A stretch of 60,721 nucleotides of DNA from the NCBI GenBank assembly GCA_964436705.1, contig CAYTEI010000002.1:27199-87919 (forward strand), given 5' to 3'. Origin of the DNA: an uncultured Thermococci archaeon (GTDB taxonomy: Archaea; Methanobacteriota_B; Thermococci; Thermococcales; CAYNOZ01). Of this stretch, positions 28,195-41,241 are shown in pieces (the first letter of the stretch is position 1; every line of letters begins with the position of its first letter). The notes beneath the pieces are model-generated. The model had not been told where the DNA came from and did no database searches. It saw nothing but the letters and a program-made list of their open reading frames with translations. The position numbers and the translations under genes are program-made.

Positions 28195-29503
28195 TACTCT
28201 CTAATGATTTTTTAACTACTTCTTCCGACTTTCTTCTTATCTCATCAACCTTATCCTTACTCTCAGATTCCAATGTAATTCTAAAATAAGGTTCTGTACC
28301 TGAGGGCCTGAAAAGAACCCAAAAATCTTCAGACTCTACCCTAACACCATCAACCGTCACTAAATCATCAAAATTAAACCTTTCAAGAACTAAGCTCTCA
28401 ATTTCTTTCTGGACCTTTACTTTCTTCTCATTAGGACATTCTATTTTTTTTCTAACTGTAAAAAATTTTGGAACTTTTTCTTTCAAAACGGATAGATCTG
28501 ATAGCCTATCGATCATCTCAACGACTTTTGCACCCGCATATATTCCATCAGGAGTCAATTGCCACTCTGGAAAAATCCAAGTCCCAGATGGTTCTCCGCC
28601 AAAATCTGCAGTTCTTTCCTTAATAGACTGAGCTACGGCTACATCTCCCACCTTAGTTCGAAAGATTGGAACATCTAAATACTGATCTAATATCATTGAA
28701 GCATCAACGGTACTTACAACTTCCTTATTCGAAACGTAATTTGAGATAAGAGCTAATAAAACATCATATTGAACAAATTCACCATCCGAATCTATTATCC
28801 CAATCCTATCAGAATCTCCATCGTGAGCTATTCCTATATCTGCATCTGTCTCCTTAACCACATTAGATAACTCAGTCAAATTATTTTCATTAGGTTCGAG
28901 ACCACGAGAGAACTCCTTAGCAGGATCAGAGTTCAAAGTTAGAACATGGTTACCTAATTCACGATGAACATAAGAGCTTATAAATCCAGTTGCATTTCCA
29001 GAATCAATAACTACATCATAACTGTTATTTAAATCGATTTCCTTAACTACTGAATCTATATAATCTCGAGTATAATTTCTCTTCGAAACATTGCCAATAT
29101 TCTTCCAATTAGATAGATTATAATCCTCAATTATTTTTTCAAGTTCTTTTTCTTGTTTTCTGTTTAAGGCACTTCCATCAGAGTTCCAAATTTTGATTCC
29201 GTTATATTGAGCTGGATTATGTGAAGCAGTGATAATTATTCCTATCTCGGATTCAGATTTTCTGGTACTAAAACCTATTATTGGTGTGGGAACAATACCT
29301 AAATCAATAACATCAACACCAGCAGAGTTAATACCAGAAATTAAAGCCCTAGAAAGCATTTCCCCTGATGATCTGGTATCTCTACCTACGCACACAAGAC
29401 CATTGACATAATTTCCAATAGCTATTCCTATTTTTTGTGCAAGCTCTGGTGTAATATTCTCCTCTACTTTCCCTCTAATTCCAGAGGTCCCAAAAAGACT
29501 CAT
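28187..29503 (-). CDS. glmM: Phosphoglucosamine/phosphomannomutase (alpha-D-phosphohexomutase)
   Basis: GTSGIRG. Active-site TASHNPAQYNGIK. Metal loop HDGDSDR. GEPSG sugar-binding loop. Confidence 0.85.
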   Translation of the reverse strand: MSLFGTSGIRGKVEENITPELAQKIGIAIGNYVNGLVCVGRDTRSSGEMLSRALISGINSAGVDVIDLGIVPTPIIGFSTRKSESEIGIIITASHNPAQYNGIKIWNSDGSALNRKQEKELEKIIEDYNLSNWKNIGNVSKRNYTRDYIDSVVKEIDLNNSYDVVIDSGNATGFISSYVHRELGNHVLTLNSDPAKEFSRGLEPNENNLTELSNVVKETDADIGIAHDGDSDRIGIIDSDGEFVQYDVLLALISNYVSNKEVVSTVDASMILDQYLDVPIFRTKVGDVAVAQSIKERTADFGGEPSGTWIFPEWQLTPDGIYAGAKVVEMIDRLSDLSVLKEKVPKFFTVRKKIECPNEKKVKVQKEIESLVLERFNFDDLVTVDGVRVESEDFWVLFRPSGTEPYFRITLESESKDKVDEIRRKSEEVVKKSLESIR

Positions 29504-29755
29504 TATCACACCTTTCTTTATTAAATAACTAATTTAAAAAATTTATCATATTTTTTTCATTCTTAGGTTTAAAATGCTATCTCAATTTTTCCTATTTAAT
29601 ATTTTCCAACTTTGCTTTATAGGCATCTTTTAAAATCTTTAGATTTCATTTTTCGGATTAAAATAGATCTGTGAAAATTTATTCTTTATTTGTTTGCGAA
29701 AAAATACCAAAAGTTTTATATCCTTTTATAGTCACTATTTTACGGTGTTTATTTT

Positions 29756-30853
29756 ATGAAACTTTTTACAGCCGGTCCTGTGGCGTGTAGGCCGGAAGTT
29801 CTTGAGGCGATGAAAGGTCTTAGACTTGGCAAAAGTGTTGATAGAAGAAAACAAATGTTTAGCCATAGAAGCCAAGAGTATAAAGATCTTCACAAAGATA
29901 CTGTAGAAAAATTAAAGAGTTTCTTGGAAACCGATGATAAAGTCTTCATATATCCTAGTACAGGATCAGGGATTATGGAAGGAACTATTAGGAGTTGTGT
30001 TAAAGACAAAATTTTAATTACTTCTAATGGAGCATTTGGGGATAGATACGCGAGTGTCGCTAAGAAAAATGGGAAAGATGTAGTAAAACTTAGTAAAGAT
30101 ATGGGAAAACCTATTACCCCTAAATTACTTGATAAGAAATTAGAAAAAAATAGTGATGTAGAAGCAGTAACCATTACTTATAATGAAACTAGTACTGGAA
30201 TGCTTAACCCTCTACCTGAACTAGCTAAAGTTGTAAATGATCATGATAAGCTATTATTCGTTGATGCCGTTAGTGCAATGGGCGGTGCAAATATAAAAGC
30301 AGATGAGTGGGGGATAGATATAGTCTTTGCGAGTACTCAAAAAGCTTTTGGAGTTCCACCAGGAATGGCAATCTGTACAGCTAGTGAAAGAGCTTTAAAC
30401 AAAGCTGAAAAAGTTGATAATCGAGGATGGTATTTAGATCTACTTAATTATGATTCATATTATCAAAGAAAGTCTGGAACCCCTTCAACTTCCCCAATTC
30501 CTATTGTTCTGGCTCTTAATAAGATGTTCGACATTATTGAAGAAGAGGGGGGAAAGAAAGAACGTTTAAAGCTTTATAAAGAACGAAGTAAGAAGATAAG
30601 GGAAGGAGTAAAGTCTTTAGGATTAACTTTGTTTCCTGAGAAGGGTTATGAAAGCCCCACAATCAGTTGTGTGAATGCGCCAGAAGGAATGACAGGCAAA
30701 GAGGTTTATGAAGAACTAAGGGAGTATGATATTGAGATAGCTGCTGGTTACGGCGATATCAAAGAAAAGACCTTCAGGATCGGGAATATGGGGTATGTAA
30801 CTTTTGATGAAATTGATGAAATGCTTAATAAGCTTGAAAAAGTAATTAAATAA
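29756..30853 (+). CDS. Class V PLP aminotransferase (serine-pyruvate/aspartate or phosphoserine type)
   Basis: GPV...HRSQEY, STGSG, and FASTQKAFGVPPG (PLP lysine). Confidence 0.8.
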   Translation: MKLFTAGPVACRPEVLEAMKGLRLGKSVDRRKQMFSHRSQEYKDLHKDTVEKLKSFLETDDKVFIYPSTGSGIMEGTIRSCVKDKILITSNGAFGDRYASVAKKNGKDVVKLSKDMGKPITPKLLDKKLEKNSDVEAVTITYNETSTGMLNPLPELAKVVNDHDKLLFVDAVSAMGGANIKADEWGIDIVFASTQKAFGVPPGMAICTASERALNKAEKVDNRGWYLDLLNYDSYYQRKSGTPSTSPIPIVLALNKMFDIIEEEGGKKERLKLYKERSKKIREGVKSLGLTLFPEKGYESPTISCVNAPEGMTGKEVYEELREYDIEIAAGYGDIKEKTFRIGNMGYVTFDEIDEMLNKLEKVIK

Positions 30854-30945
30854 AAACTTTATTTCTTCTATTTTTAGATTGATAATTTTCCTTATCCTTA
30901 TTTTTATTGTAATAATACTGGCCTAGAAAAGTATACTAGATAATA

Positions 30946-31020
30946 TGGGTCCGACGGGACTTGAACCCGTGGCCTCACGCTTATCAGGCGTGCGCTCTTA
31001 CCAAGCTGAGCTACGGACCC
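30946..31020 (-). tRNA. tRNA-Ile (anticodon GAU), no encoded CCA
   Basis: Reverse complement GGGTCCGTAGCTCAGCTTGGTAAGAGCGCACGCCTGATAAGCGTGAGGCCACGGGTTCAAGTCCCGTCGGACCCA folds into a canonical cloverleaf with anticodon loop CTGATAA. Confidence 0.92.
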
Positions 31021-31044
31021 TCCGATCATTACAAAAGCATTTGG

Positions 31045-31052
31045 TTTATAAA
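31045..31052 (-). promoter_or_regulatory. TATA box of tRNA-Ile
   Basis: TTTATAAA centred about 28 nt upstream of the mature tRNA 5' end (31020) on the minus strand. Confidence 0.55.
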
Positions 31053-31122
31053 TATTTCGCCTATTTTATTTCTTCCTCATTATTTATGGGGAAAGATTTT
31101 TATTACTGCACTCAGGACTGTA

Positions 31123-31138
31123 CCACTAGATGTAGTTC
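31123..31138 (+). promoter_or_regulatory. Candidate NrdR box upstream of nrdR-nrdJ
   Basis: CCACTAGATGTAGTTC. The core CACTAgATgTAGT matches the palindromic NrdR-box consensus acaCwAtATaTwGtgt at 11/16, including both CACTA/TAGT arms. Lies 40 nt before the nrdR ATG. Confidence 0.45.
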
Positions 31139-31177
31139 GTATTTGTTTTTTTAGGTTTATATATATGGGTTGTTTTG

Positions 31178-31609
31178 ATGAAATGTCCGATGTGTAGCGA
31201 ACGGGAAACTAGAGTCATAAGTACTAGATCCATAAGACGAAGAAGAGAATGTAGTAATTGCAATGAAAGATTTACTACCTACGAAAGAGTTAAACTAGAT
31301 GTTAGAGTTACTAAAAAAGACGGTAAAAGGGAAAAATTCCAGAGAGGAAAATTGAAAAAGGGTATAGAGCGGGCTTGTGAAAAACGAGAGATTTCCGAAA
31401 GGCAAATTGAAGGGATTGTCGATAGAATAGAAGTGAAACTACGGAAAATGAAGAAAAACGAAGTGCAAAGTTCTAAGATCGGAGAATTAGTAATGGAAGA
31501 ACTAAAGTCTCTAGATAAAGTCGCTTATATTAGATTTGCATCGGTTTATAAATCCTTTGAAGACGCTAATTCTTTTGAAAAAGAAGTTAAAACATTAAAA
31601 GATTCTTAA
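31178..31609 (+). CDS. nrdR: NrdR transcriptional repressor (zinc ribbon + ATP-cone)
   Basis: MKCPMCS...[17 protein letters not shown] and [16 protein letters not shown] are near-identical to bacterial NrdR signatures. Confidence 0.92.
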   Translation: MKCPMCSERETRVISTRSIRRRRECSNCNERFTTYERVKLDVRVTKKDGKREKFQRGKLKKGIERACEKREISERQIEGIVDRIEVKLRKMKKNEVQSSKIGELVMEELKSLDKVAYIRFASVYKSFEDANSFEKEVKTLKDS

Positions 31610-31625
31610 ACCCAAAGGTGTTAAA

Positions 31626-34475
31626 ATGGAGCAAACAGAAAAAGAAGAAAACTTTAAACTACCGGTAAAACGAGTTAAAGGCGAAAATTTAAAAGATAAG
31701 CTAACCAAAAACGCATACGAAAGGATCTTACCCGCTAGATACCTAATTAAAGATGTAAACGGGGAAACAAAAGAAAATCCTGAGGAGATGTTTAGAAGAG
31801 TAGCCAAAAATGTGGCAAAGCCAGATAAAGAATATGATTATGACTATGATGAATCTGTAGAGGAATTCTATGAATTAATGACTAATTTAGAATTTATGCC
31901 TAATTCTCCAACCTTAATGAACGCTGGCGCTGAATTACAGCAATTAAGTGCTTGTTTTGTCATTCAGCCTGAAGATGATCTTGATAGTATTTTTGATAGT
32001 GTTCATAATGCTGCTAAAATCTTCCAAAGCGGTGGTGGAGTCGGATATCCTTTCCATCTTATCCGTCCTAAGGGAGATCGAGTGAAATCTACAGGTGGAA
32101 TCGCATCTGGCCCTTTAAGTTTCATGAAAGTTTATGACAAAATGTGTGAAACTATAAAACAAGGAGGGAAGAGAAGAGGAGCCCAAATGGGCGTGATGAA
32201 AGTTGATCATCCAGACATTCTCCGATTTATAGTAGCTAAAAGAGAAGAAGGAACTCTTTCAAACTTCAACATCTCAGTAGGAGTCACCGAAGATTTTATG
32301 AAAGCTGTAAAAAATAATGAAGAATTTACCCTCATAAATCCAAGAACTAATGAACCCCATAAAGTCACAAAGCAAACAGCCGAATTTTATAACAAAGATG
32401 AAGAATGGTATCCCAAAGAAGAAGGGAGTGACATAGGTAGAGAAAAGAATTTCTGGCGTGATTTTGCTGATGAAATTGAAGGAATTAGTCAATTCAATAT
32501 AAGTCTAGAACCTGGAGAAGAAATGACTTTACCAGCAAGATTTATTTGGAAAGTAATGGTTGATTGTGCTTGGAGTAACGGTGAACCAGGTTTATTTATG
32601 TATGACAGAGCTAATAAACTTCATTCATTTGACGTGGATAAATACCCTGAACACAAAATCCAATCTACTAACCCTTGTGGGGAACAACCCTTAGAGAATT
32701 TCGGTGTTTGTAATTTAGGGCATATTAACCTTTCATTACTAGTGAAAGATAAGTCAGATGAATCTGGTGTTCGTTTCCAAAAGTGGATGAAAGATACAAA
32801 ATATGATACCGAGTCGGATGAAGAGTTGAGAAAAGCAATAAGAGAATACCTGAATAAAACGCTTCGTATGAATAAATTTGAATATGTAGTGAAGACCGCT
32901 ACGAGATTTTTAGACAATGTCATTACTATGTCCGAATTTCCTTTGGAAAAAATTGAAGAGAAGGCAGCCTCTACAAGAAAGATCGGTCTTGGACTCATGG
33001 GTTTTGCCCAAATGCTGATCCAATTAGGAATACAATATGGTTCTAAAGAAAGTATTGTAGTAGCAGAAGAAATTCAAAGATTAATCACTAAATTTAGCGT
33101 CGAGAAATCTAAAGAATTATCTAAAAAAAGAGGAAAATTCCCTGAATGGGAAAAATCGAAATGGGCTAATCCATCAAAAAACCAAGAATGGTTCAAAAAA
33201 TACTCTGGAGGAAAGGATCCTGAGAACTACGAAAACGGTTTTGAAATGAGGAACCACAATACAACTACTATAGCTCCAACTGGTACCACTAGTATGATTG
33301 CTAATACATCAGGAGGATGTGAACCAATATTCTCTTTAGCCTACTTTAAAAACGTTGGAAAGGACATACAAGGAGAAGATATGCTTGTTGAATTTGATGA
33401 TTACTTTCTCAGGACATTAAAGAAGAATGGAGCAGACTTAGATAGAGTAAAAAACAAAGCAATTGAACTTATGAAGAATAATAAATGGGAAGGTGTCGAC
33501 TCACTTCCAGAAGAAATACTCCCATCAAATGCAAAGAAAATCTTTAAAACTTCAAAAGAAGTAACCCCAGAAGAACATGTTAAAATACAAGCCGCATTTC
33601 AGAAATACAACCATTCTTCAATTTCCAAAACCTGTAATTTCCCTAATGAGGCTTCAAGAAAAGACGTTGAAGAAGCATTTATGCTAGCTTATGACTCAGG
33701 AGTCAAAGGATTAACTGTGTACAGAGACGGTTCTAGAGACGTTCAAGTCATGACTACCCGAGGAAAAAGTCCAGAAGAATTTGAGAAAGAAGAACTACTT
33801 AAAATGCTAAAAGAAAAATATGGTTCCTTTGAAAACTTCCTAGAATCGAATGAATTCAAAGAGAATCTTGATTCTGACAAATTTATAATAAGATCGAAAG
33901 CAAGAGATAAAGAAATTCGAAAGGCCAGAGAACGACCTAAAACGGTTTCTGGAACCACCCAGAAGATTGATACTGGATATGGGAGTCTATTCGTTACCAT
34001 TAATCAGGACAAAGAAGGTTTATTCGAGGTATTCTCTACAGTAGGTAAATCAGGAGGATTTACACAAAGTTTTACTGATGCATTAGGAAGATTAATATCA
34101 ACAGCTTTAAGGGCAGGAGTCGATCCTGAGGAAATAATTGATCAATTAAAAGGAATTAGAAGTCCAAAGACTTCTTGGGACAATGGAGAGAAGATACTAT
34201 CCATCCCAGATGCAGTGGGGAAGGCTATGGCGAGATATCTCTCTGGAGAAGCTAGTGATGTTCAGACTTCAGTTCAGGACTTTTCTGAAGATAAAAGTAA
34301 ATTTAGCTTAAATAATAGTGCAAATGATAGTAGATCTGCCAGTAGTGATTTTGATAATTTTGAGGACATGGTTAAGAATGGTAAAAATCCTGAATGTCCT
34401 GAGTGTGGTGCTATGGTTGAGTATAAAGAGGGATGCGTTACTTGTCCTAGCTGTGGATGGTCAGAATGCGGATAG
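31626..34475 (+). CDS. nrdJ: Class II (adenosylcobalamin-dependent) ribonucleotide reductase
   Basis: Active-site [10 protein letters not shown] and [16 protein letters not shown]-terminal zinc ribbon CPECG...CPSCG. No intein-like insertion seen. Confidence 0.9.
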   Translation: MEQTEKEENFKLPVKRVKGENLKDKLTKNAYERILPARYLIKDVNGETKENPEEMFRRVAKNVAKPDKEYDYDYDESVEEFYELMTNLEFMPNSPTLMNAGAELQQLSACFVIQPEDDLDSIFDSVHNAAKIFQSGGGVGYPFHLIRPKGDRVKSTGGIASGPLSFMKVYDKMCETIKQGGKRRGAQMGVMKVDHPDILRFIVAKREEGTLSNFNISVGVTEDFMKAVKNNEEFTLINPRTNEPHKVTKQTAEFYNKDEEWYPKEEGSDIGREKNFWRDFADEIEGISQFNISLEPGEEMTLPARFIWKVMVDCAWSNGEPGLFMYDRANKLHSFDVDKYPEHKIQSTNPCGEQPLENFGVCNLGHINLSLLVKDKSDESGVRFQKWMKDTKYDTESDEELRKAIREYLNKTLRMNKFEYVVKTATRFLDNVITMSEFPLEKIEEKAASTRKIGLGLMGFAQMLIQLGIQYGSKESIVVAEEIQRLITKFSVEKSKELSKKRGKFPEWEKSKWANPSKNQEWFKKYSGGKDPENYENGFEMRNHNTTTIAPTGTTSMIANTSGGCEPIFSLAYFKNVGKDIQGEDMLVEFDDYFLRTLKKNGADLDRVKNKAIELMKNNKWEGVDSLPEEILPSNAKKIFKTSKEVTPEEHVKIQAAFQKYNHSSISKTCNFPNEASRKDVEEAFMLAYDSGVKGLTVYRDGSRDVQVMTTRGKSPEEFEKEELLKMLKEKYGSFENFLESNEFKENLDSDKFIIRSKARDKEIRKARERPKTVSGTTQKIDTGYGSLFVTINQDKEGLFEVFSTVGKSGGFTQSFTDALGRLISTALRAGVDPEEIIDQLKGIRSPKTSWDNGEKILSIPDAVGKAMARYLSGEASDVQTSVQDFSEDKSKFSLNNSANDSRSASSDFDNFEDMVKNGKNPECPECGAMVEYKEGCVTCPSCGWSECG

Positions 34476-34767
34476 TACTTTAATTTATCTTTTCTTTGAT
34501 TATTAAATACTAATTTTTTTACTCTTCTTGTTCTATAGGTTTCTATTTAATTCTATCCTGATGATTTGAAAACTGAGATAGGCATTTATTCTCCAGAACC
34601 CCTACATATTATGAGTTTCGGATCAAAATTTTCCGATAAATTTATAAATAGTAATATGTATTAAATATTATAATAAAGAAAATATTATTTAAAGAATAAT
34701 TTCCATCAAAAATAATTCGAAATCATTAGCATTTTATCTTCTATTTAATACAGTTGGAGGTGTAAAT

Positions 34768-34845
34768 ATGTCAAACAAAAAACTCAAAGACAAGAAAGCG
34801 AAAGATGAAAAGAATTTAGCCTTTTCTCTTATCTACCCTGCCTAA
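34768..34845 (+). CDS. Candidate 25-aa small protein
   Basis: MSNKKLKDKKAKDEKNLAFSLIYPA. Perfect GGAGGTG lies 6 nt upstream, in a 530-nt intergenic region. No homology recognised. Confidence 0.3.
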   Translation: MSNKKLKDKKAKDEKNLAFSLIYPA

Positions 34846-35017
34846 TTTTTAAATCTATTTTTATTTTAAGAAAATTCTATTATCCTAATCCGACTAAATA
34901 ATAAACTATAGTTTAATCAGGCCAAATGCTTTTAAGCTAATAATTCCAATTTAGGTATACGAAATATAAGTTCTTCTTAAAAAATATTGATTACCGTAAT
35001 CAGCAAAGGTGTTTTTT

Positions 35018-35798
35018 ATGTCTTACAATAAAGAGAAATTAGTTCAAAGCATTGAAGAAGAGTTCTTGGATGATGAACTATATCAAGTATTTGAAGAAAC
35101 CTATAAAAGGATTAAAAAATACTTAGATACGACAAATTTCATCGCACTAAACGTTTATAAGTACAATGAACATGGAGACATTCATTCCTTATTAACTGTG
35201 AAAAACTCTTTGAAAATACTACGTATTTTAAAGAATAACGGTAATAAAACTACCTTAGAAGAGTTAGGAAAACCTTACGAATGGAGCCAATTCGTAGTCT
35301 CACTAGGAGCTTTAATGCATGATCTAGGTAATCTAGTTCATCGTGAATATCGCTCAGAGTTTAGCGTAAGGTTAGCTTACGATAAGGTCTCTGAAATTGT
35401 TGAAGAACTACCAGAAAGATTAGTTAATGATCCTATACTTCTGGAGGCTTTTATTTTAAATTCTATTTACACTCATGATGAACATGTCCCCTCAACAACT
35501 ATTGAGGGAAGTGTTGTTAAGGTAGCTGATGGGTGTGACATGGAAGAGGGAAGAAGTCGTATGTTCAGTAAAAGTGATGATAAAATCGATATCCACGCCA
35601 TCTCGCCTTTAACAATTAAATCGGTAGAAATCATGGATAACAGAGATAATGAAGTTCCAGTGAGATTAGAAATTAATATGGATCATGAAGCTGGTGTCTT
35701 CCAAGTTGATGAACTCCTTAGTAAGAAAATAAAGAGTTCTTTATTGGAGAATAGGATTCTCACCAAAATGAAAGTTAATGGAAAAGAATTTGAAAAAG

Positions 35799-35806
<8 letters not shown>
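35018..35806 (+). CDS. HD-domain metal-dependent phosphohydrolase
   Basis: H...HDLGN...D signature (GALMHDLGNLVHRE, VADGCD). AAAGGTG SD places the start at ATG 35018 rather than GTG 35009. Confidence 0.65.
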
Positions 35807-38419
<2,613 letters not shown>

Positions 38420-38529
38420 TCACCAAATAAACAACAATAAAACAAAAGAAATTCAATAATAAAAATTCTTTCTATCAGAACAAAGACTAATAAAGATAAT
38501 AAATAAAAATCAAAGATAAAAAAGGACAA

Positions 38530-38925
38530 TTATTCTATAGTAGGACGAAATTTATAGGCATAGAGTATTAATCCATCTTCTCCCTGTTCAACTACTTTCC
38601 TAATAACCATTTCAACATCCATTCCAACATTTATATCCTCTTCAGCAACATCAGTTAATTGTGCAGTTATAACAGGCCCATCCTTTAATTCAATTAGTGC
38701 TAACGGATAAGGCTTGTCATATTCATGATCAGGAGGAGCACTTCTAACCATTGTATATGAAACAACCTCCCCCTTACCTTTCAGTTCATAATTACTCAAT
38801 TCAGTCGATTTACATTCGGAACAAACATCTCTAGGCGGGAAATGGATCTCACCACATTCTTCACATTTCTTTCCCTCTAGCTTGTAGTGGCTTGAAAATT
38901 CTCTCCAATGCCTGGAAACCTGCAT
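38530..38925 (-). CDS. DUF35 OB-fold/zinc-ribbon scaffold protein of the thiolase-HMG-CoA synthase complex
   Basis: CEECGEIHFPPRDVCSECKS rubredoxin-like ribbon plus OB fold. The start abuts the thiolase stop. Confidence 0.87.
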   Translation of the reverse strand: MQVSRHWREFSSHYKLEGKKCEECGEIHFPPRDVCSECKSTELSNYELKGKGEVVSYTMVRSAPPDHEYDKPYPLALIELKDGPVITAQLTDVAEEDINVGMDVEMVIRKVVEQGEDGLILYAYKFRPTIE

Positions 38926-40089
38926 TTAATCACCTCTCTCAAATATGTTTACAGTTATATTGGATCCTGTTCCACCAATATTTTGGGCAATACCTGATTT
39001 TGCTTCGTCAACCTGGTTTTCACCCGCTTCTCCCCTAAGTTGTTGTACTATTTCGACTGTTTGATAAATTCCTGTTGCTCCTACCGGATGTCCACGTGCT
39101 TTTAAACCACCCATAGTGTTTATTGGTAGGTCGCCGTTAATTGATATTCTACCTTCTCTAGCTGCTTTAACAGCTTTACCTTTTTCAACAAACCCCATAT
39201 CCTCTAATCCTAAAGCTGACATAATCGTAAAAGCATCATGAGGTTCTATCACATCAATATCATTAGGTTCCATATTAGCCATTTTGTAGGCATTTTCGGA
39301 AGCCTCTTCTGTTGCTGGCATTCTCTTAAAAGTTTCACGATCGTGAAGACCAATAGAATCTACTGCATTTCCCATTCCAGCAATGTCTATTGGGGTATCG
39401 GTATAGTCCTGTGCTTTTTCTTTTGGTGCTAAAATTACAGCTGCGGCCCCATCACATACCGGTGTAACATCCATTAATCTCAGAGGATCTGCGACTACAG
39501 GCGAATTCATTGCTTTTTGAAGATTTATTTCGTTCCTAAACATTGCATTAGGATTATTCACGGCGTTACTGTGAGCATTAACTGCGAACCTCATTAGGTC
39601 CTCTCTATCCACATCGAACTCATTTATATACATTCTCGTGGCTATAGCATTTAAAGATACAAAAGTAGCCCCATGAAAAGTTTCGAATTCCTGATCTGCC
39701 GCATAAGCAAGCCCCTCAGTCGCTTTAGATCCTAAAACATCGGTAAGCTTCTCTACTCCAACGACGATGGTTAGATCCTCCATCCCTGACATAACTCCCT
39801 TAGCTCCTACTTGTAATGCTGCACCACCCGAAGCACAAGCGGCCTCAACCTTAACAGAAGGGATATTACCAAGACCAGCAAAATCTGATATCATTGCCCC
39901 CAAATTTTCCTGCTCTGAAACCTTTCCAGACAACATATTGCCAGCATACAATGAATCAATTTCATCTCTATTAATATTAGAATCTTTAAGAGCTTTATTT
40001 ATCGCTTCTACGGATAGATCTCGAATAGATTTATCCCACTTCTCTCCTACCTTCGTTTGACCTATACCAACTATTGAAACATCTCTCAT
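38926..40089 (-). CDS. Acetoacetyl-CoA thiolase (archaeal type)
   Basis: Thiolase fold with active-site EAACASGG and C-terminal NIGGTG. Sits between the HMGCS and DUF35 genes. Confidence 0.87.
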   Translation of the reverse strand: MRDVSIVGIGQTKVGEKWDKSIRDLSVEAINKALKDSNINRDEIDSLYAGNMLSGKVSEQENLGAMISDFAGLGNIPSVKVEAACASGGAALQVGAKGVMSGMEDLTIVVGVEKLTDVLGSKATEGLAYAADQEFETFHGATFVSLNAIATRMYINEFDVDREDLMRFAVNAHSNAVNNPNAMFRNEINLQKAMNSPVVADPLRLMDVTPVCDGAAAVILAPKEKAQDYTDTPIDIAGMGNAVDSIGLHDRETFKRMPATEEASENAYKMANMEPNDIDVIEPHDAFTIMSALGLEDMGFVEKGKAVKAAREGRISINGDLPINTMGGLKARGHPVGATGIYQTVEIVQQLRGEAGENQVDEAKSGIAQNIGGTGSNITVNIFERGD

Positions 40090-40098
40090 TGTATCACC

Positions 40099-41157
40099 TT
40101 ACATTTTTATTTTATCACGATATTTTGCATATACTGAATAATCTATATCTTCTTTACGATCAACAAACTTTTCCGTCAAAGGTGCTTTATTTCTCTTTTC
40201 TTTTATAGCTTCTTTAACTTTTAATGAAAAAGCATCACTTCCAGCTCCAGATCCAAATGATGCCCACAGAATCCTATCACCAGGCTCGGCCTGATCAAGT
40301 GTCGCAGACATCCCAACTAAAGTAGAACCAGAATAAGTATTACCAATCTCATTAGCTAACAACCCAGGATTTATTTTTTCTTTTTCAAATCCTAGGATCT
40401 TAGCAGCTTTACTAGGAAATTTAACATTTGGCTGATGAAAAACAGCATAATCATAGTCTTGTGCAGATCTTTCTAATTCTTCCATAAGTTTATTAGCTGC
40501 ATTGATAATATGTTCAAAATAAGCAGGCTTACCCGTGAACTTAGAAGCATGGTTAGGATATTTTTCGCCCTTTCTTCTCCAAAAATCAGGAGTATTAGTA
40601 ACATGAGAGTAAGAACCTTCTATTTTAGCTATAGAATCATCAGTATCCTCACCTAAAACGAAGGCTGCCCCTCCAGCAGCAGCCGTATATTCGAGCTGAT
40701 CTCCTGGTCGTCCTTGAGAAGTATCCGTTCCCAAACTCATCACATAGTCAGCCATATCCGATCCTACAAAGCCAATAGAGGATTGAAGAGCTTCGGTACC
40801 GGCCTTACAAGCAAATTCCATATCCGCAGCATTGATATCTGATCCAGCTCCTATTGCATCAGCAATTATTGTCGAAGAGGGTTTTACTGCATATGGAGGG
40901 GATTCAGATCCTGTCCATATAGCTCGTAATTCTTCTGGGTTAATTTTAGATCTTTTTAGAGCATATTTAGCGGCTTCTATTCCTATGGTAACTGAATCTT
41001 CATCAGGTCCGGGGACTGATTTTTCTTTGACTGGTTCTGATAACCCTCCCCAAACTCTACTTATTTCTTCATTTGAAACTCGATACATTGGAATGTAAGC
41101 GCCATATCCAACTATGCCAACGTCTTTATCTGGTTTTAGCAGTTTATTCTCTGCCAT
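40099..41157 (-). CDS. Hydroxymethylglutaryl-CoA synthase (archaeal type)
   Basis: [23 protein letters not shown] (Cys nucleophile), FHQPN, NTYSGS. GGTGAT SD favours ATG 41157 over the track's 41211. Confidence 0.87.
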   Translation of the reverse strand: MAENKLLKPDKDVGIVGYGAYIPMYRVSNEEISRVWGGLSEPVKEKSVPGPDEDSVTIGIEAAKYALKRSKINPEELRAIWTGSESPPYAVKPSSTIIADAIGAGSDINAADMEFACKAGTEALQSSIGFVGSDMADYVMSLGTDTSQGRPGDQLEYTAAAGGAAFVLGEDTDDSIAKIEGSYSHVTNTPDFWRRKGEKYPNHASKFTGKPAYFEHIINAANKLMEELERSAQDYDYAVFHQPNVKFPSKAAKILGFEKEKINPGLLANEIGNTYSGSTLVGMSATLDQAEPGDRILWASFGSGAGSDAFSLKVKEAIKEKRNKAPLTEKFVDRKEDIDYSVYAKYRDKIKM

Positions 41158-41241
41158 TTCATCACCAGATAAGAAAGGAGAGATTAACCTTAAAAATGTT
41201 TCGGTATTCAACGAAAACTATTTCGACGAATGTTGTAAGAA

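Noticed and set aside
31154-31169. Second NrdR box (GGTTTATATATATGGG) 31 bp from the first.
   Set aside because: It matches only the AT-rich centre of the consensus (9/16) and lacks the C/G arm positions. It is equally well explained as a TATA-like element. It is mentioned in the finding but not called as a feature.
30945-31197. Two plus-strand ORFs (30945-31154, 30961-31197) over the tRNA-Ile gene and the nrdR promoter.
   Set aside because: They run antisense through a canonical tRNA and through promoter DNA, with no SD and no coding-like composition.
31626-34475. Possible intein or other insertion in the 949-aa NrdJ.
   Set aside because: Catalytic motifs are contiguous ([23 protein letters not shown]). 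No Cys/Ser-...-HN splice-junction blocks or homing-endonuclease motifs were seen. The length is explained by family-typical inserts and the C-terminal zinc ribbon.
34556-34625. Possible C/D-box sRNA (CTGATGA ... CTGA) in the nrdJ downstream region; also GTGATGA at 6622-6628.
   Set aside because: Only 8 nt separate the putative C and D' boxes. No terminal D box or C' box is present at the proper spacing, and there are no terminal complementary ends.
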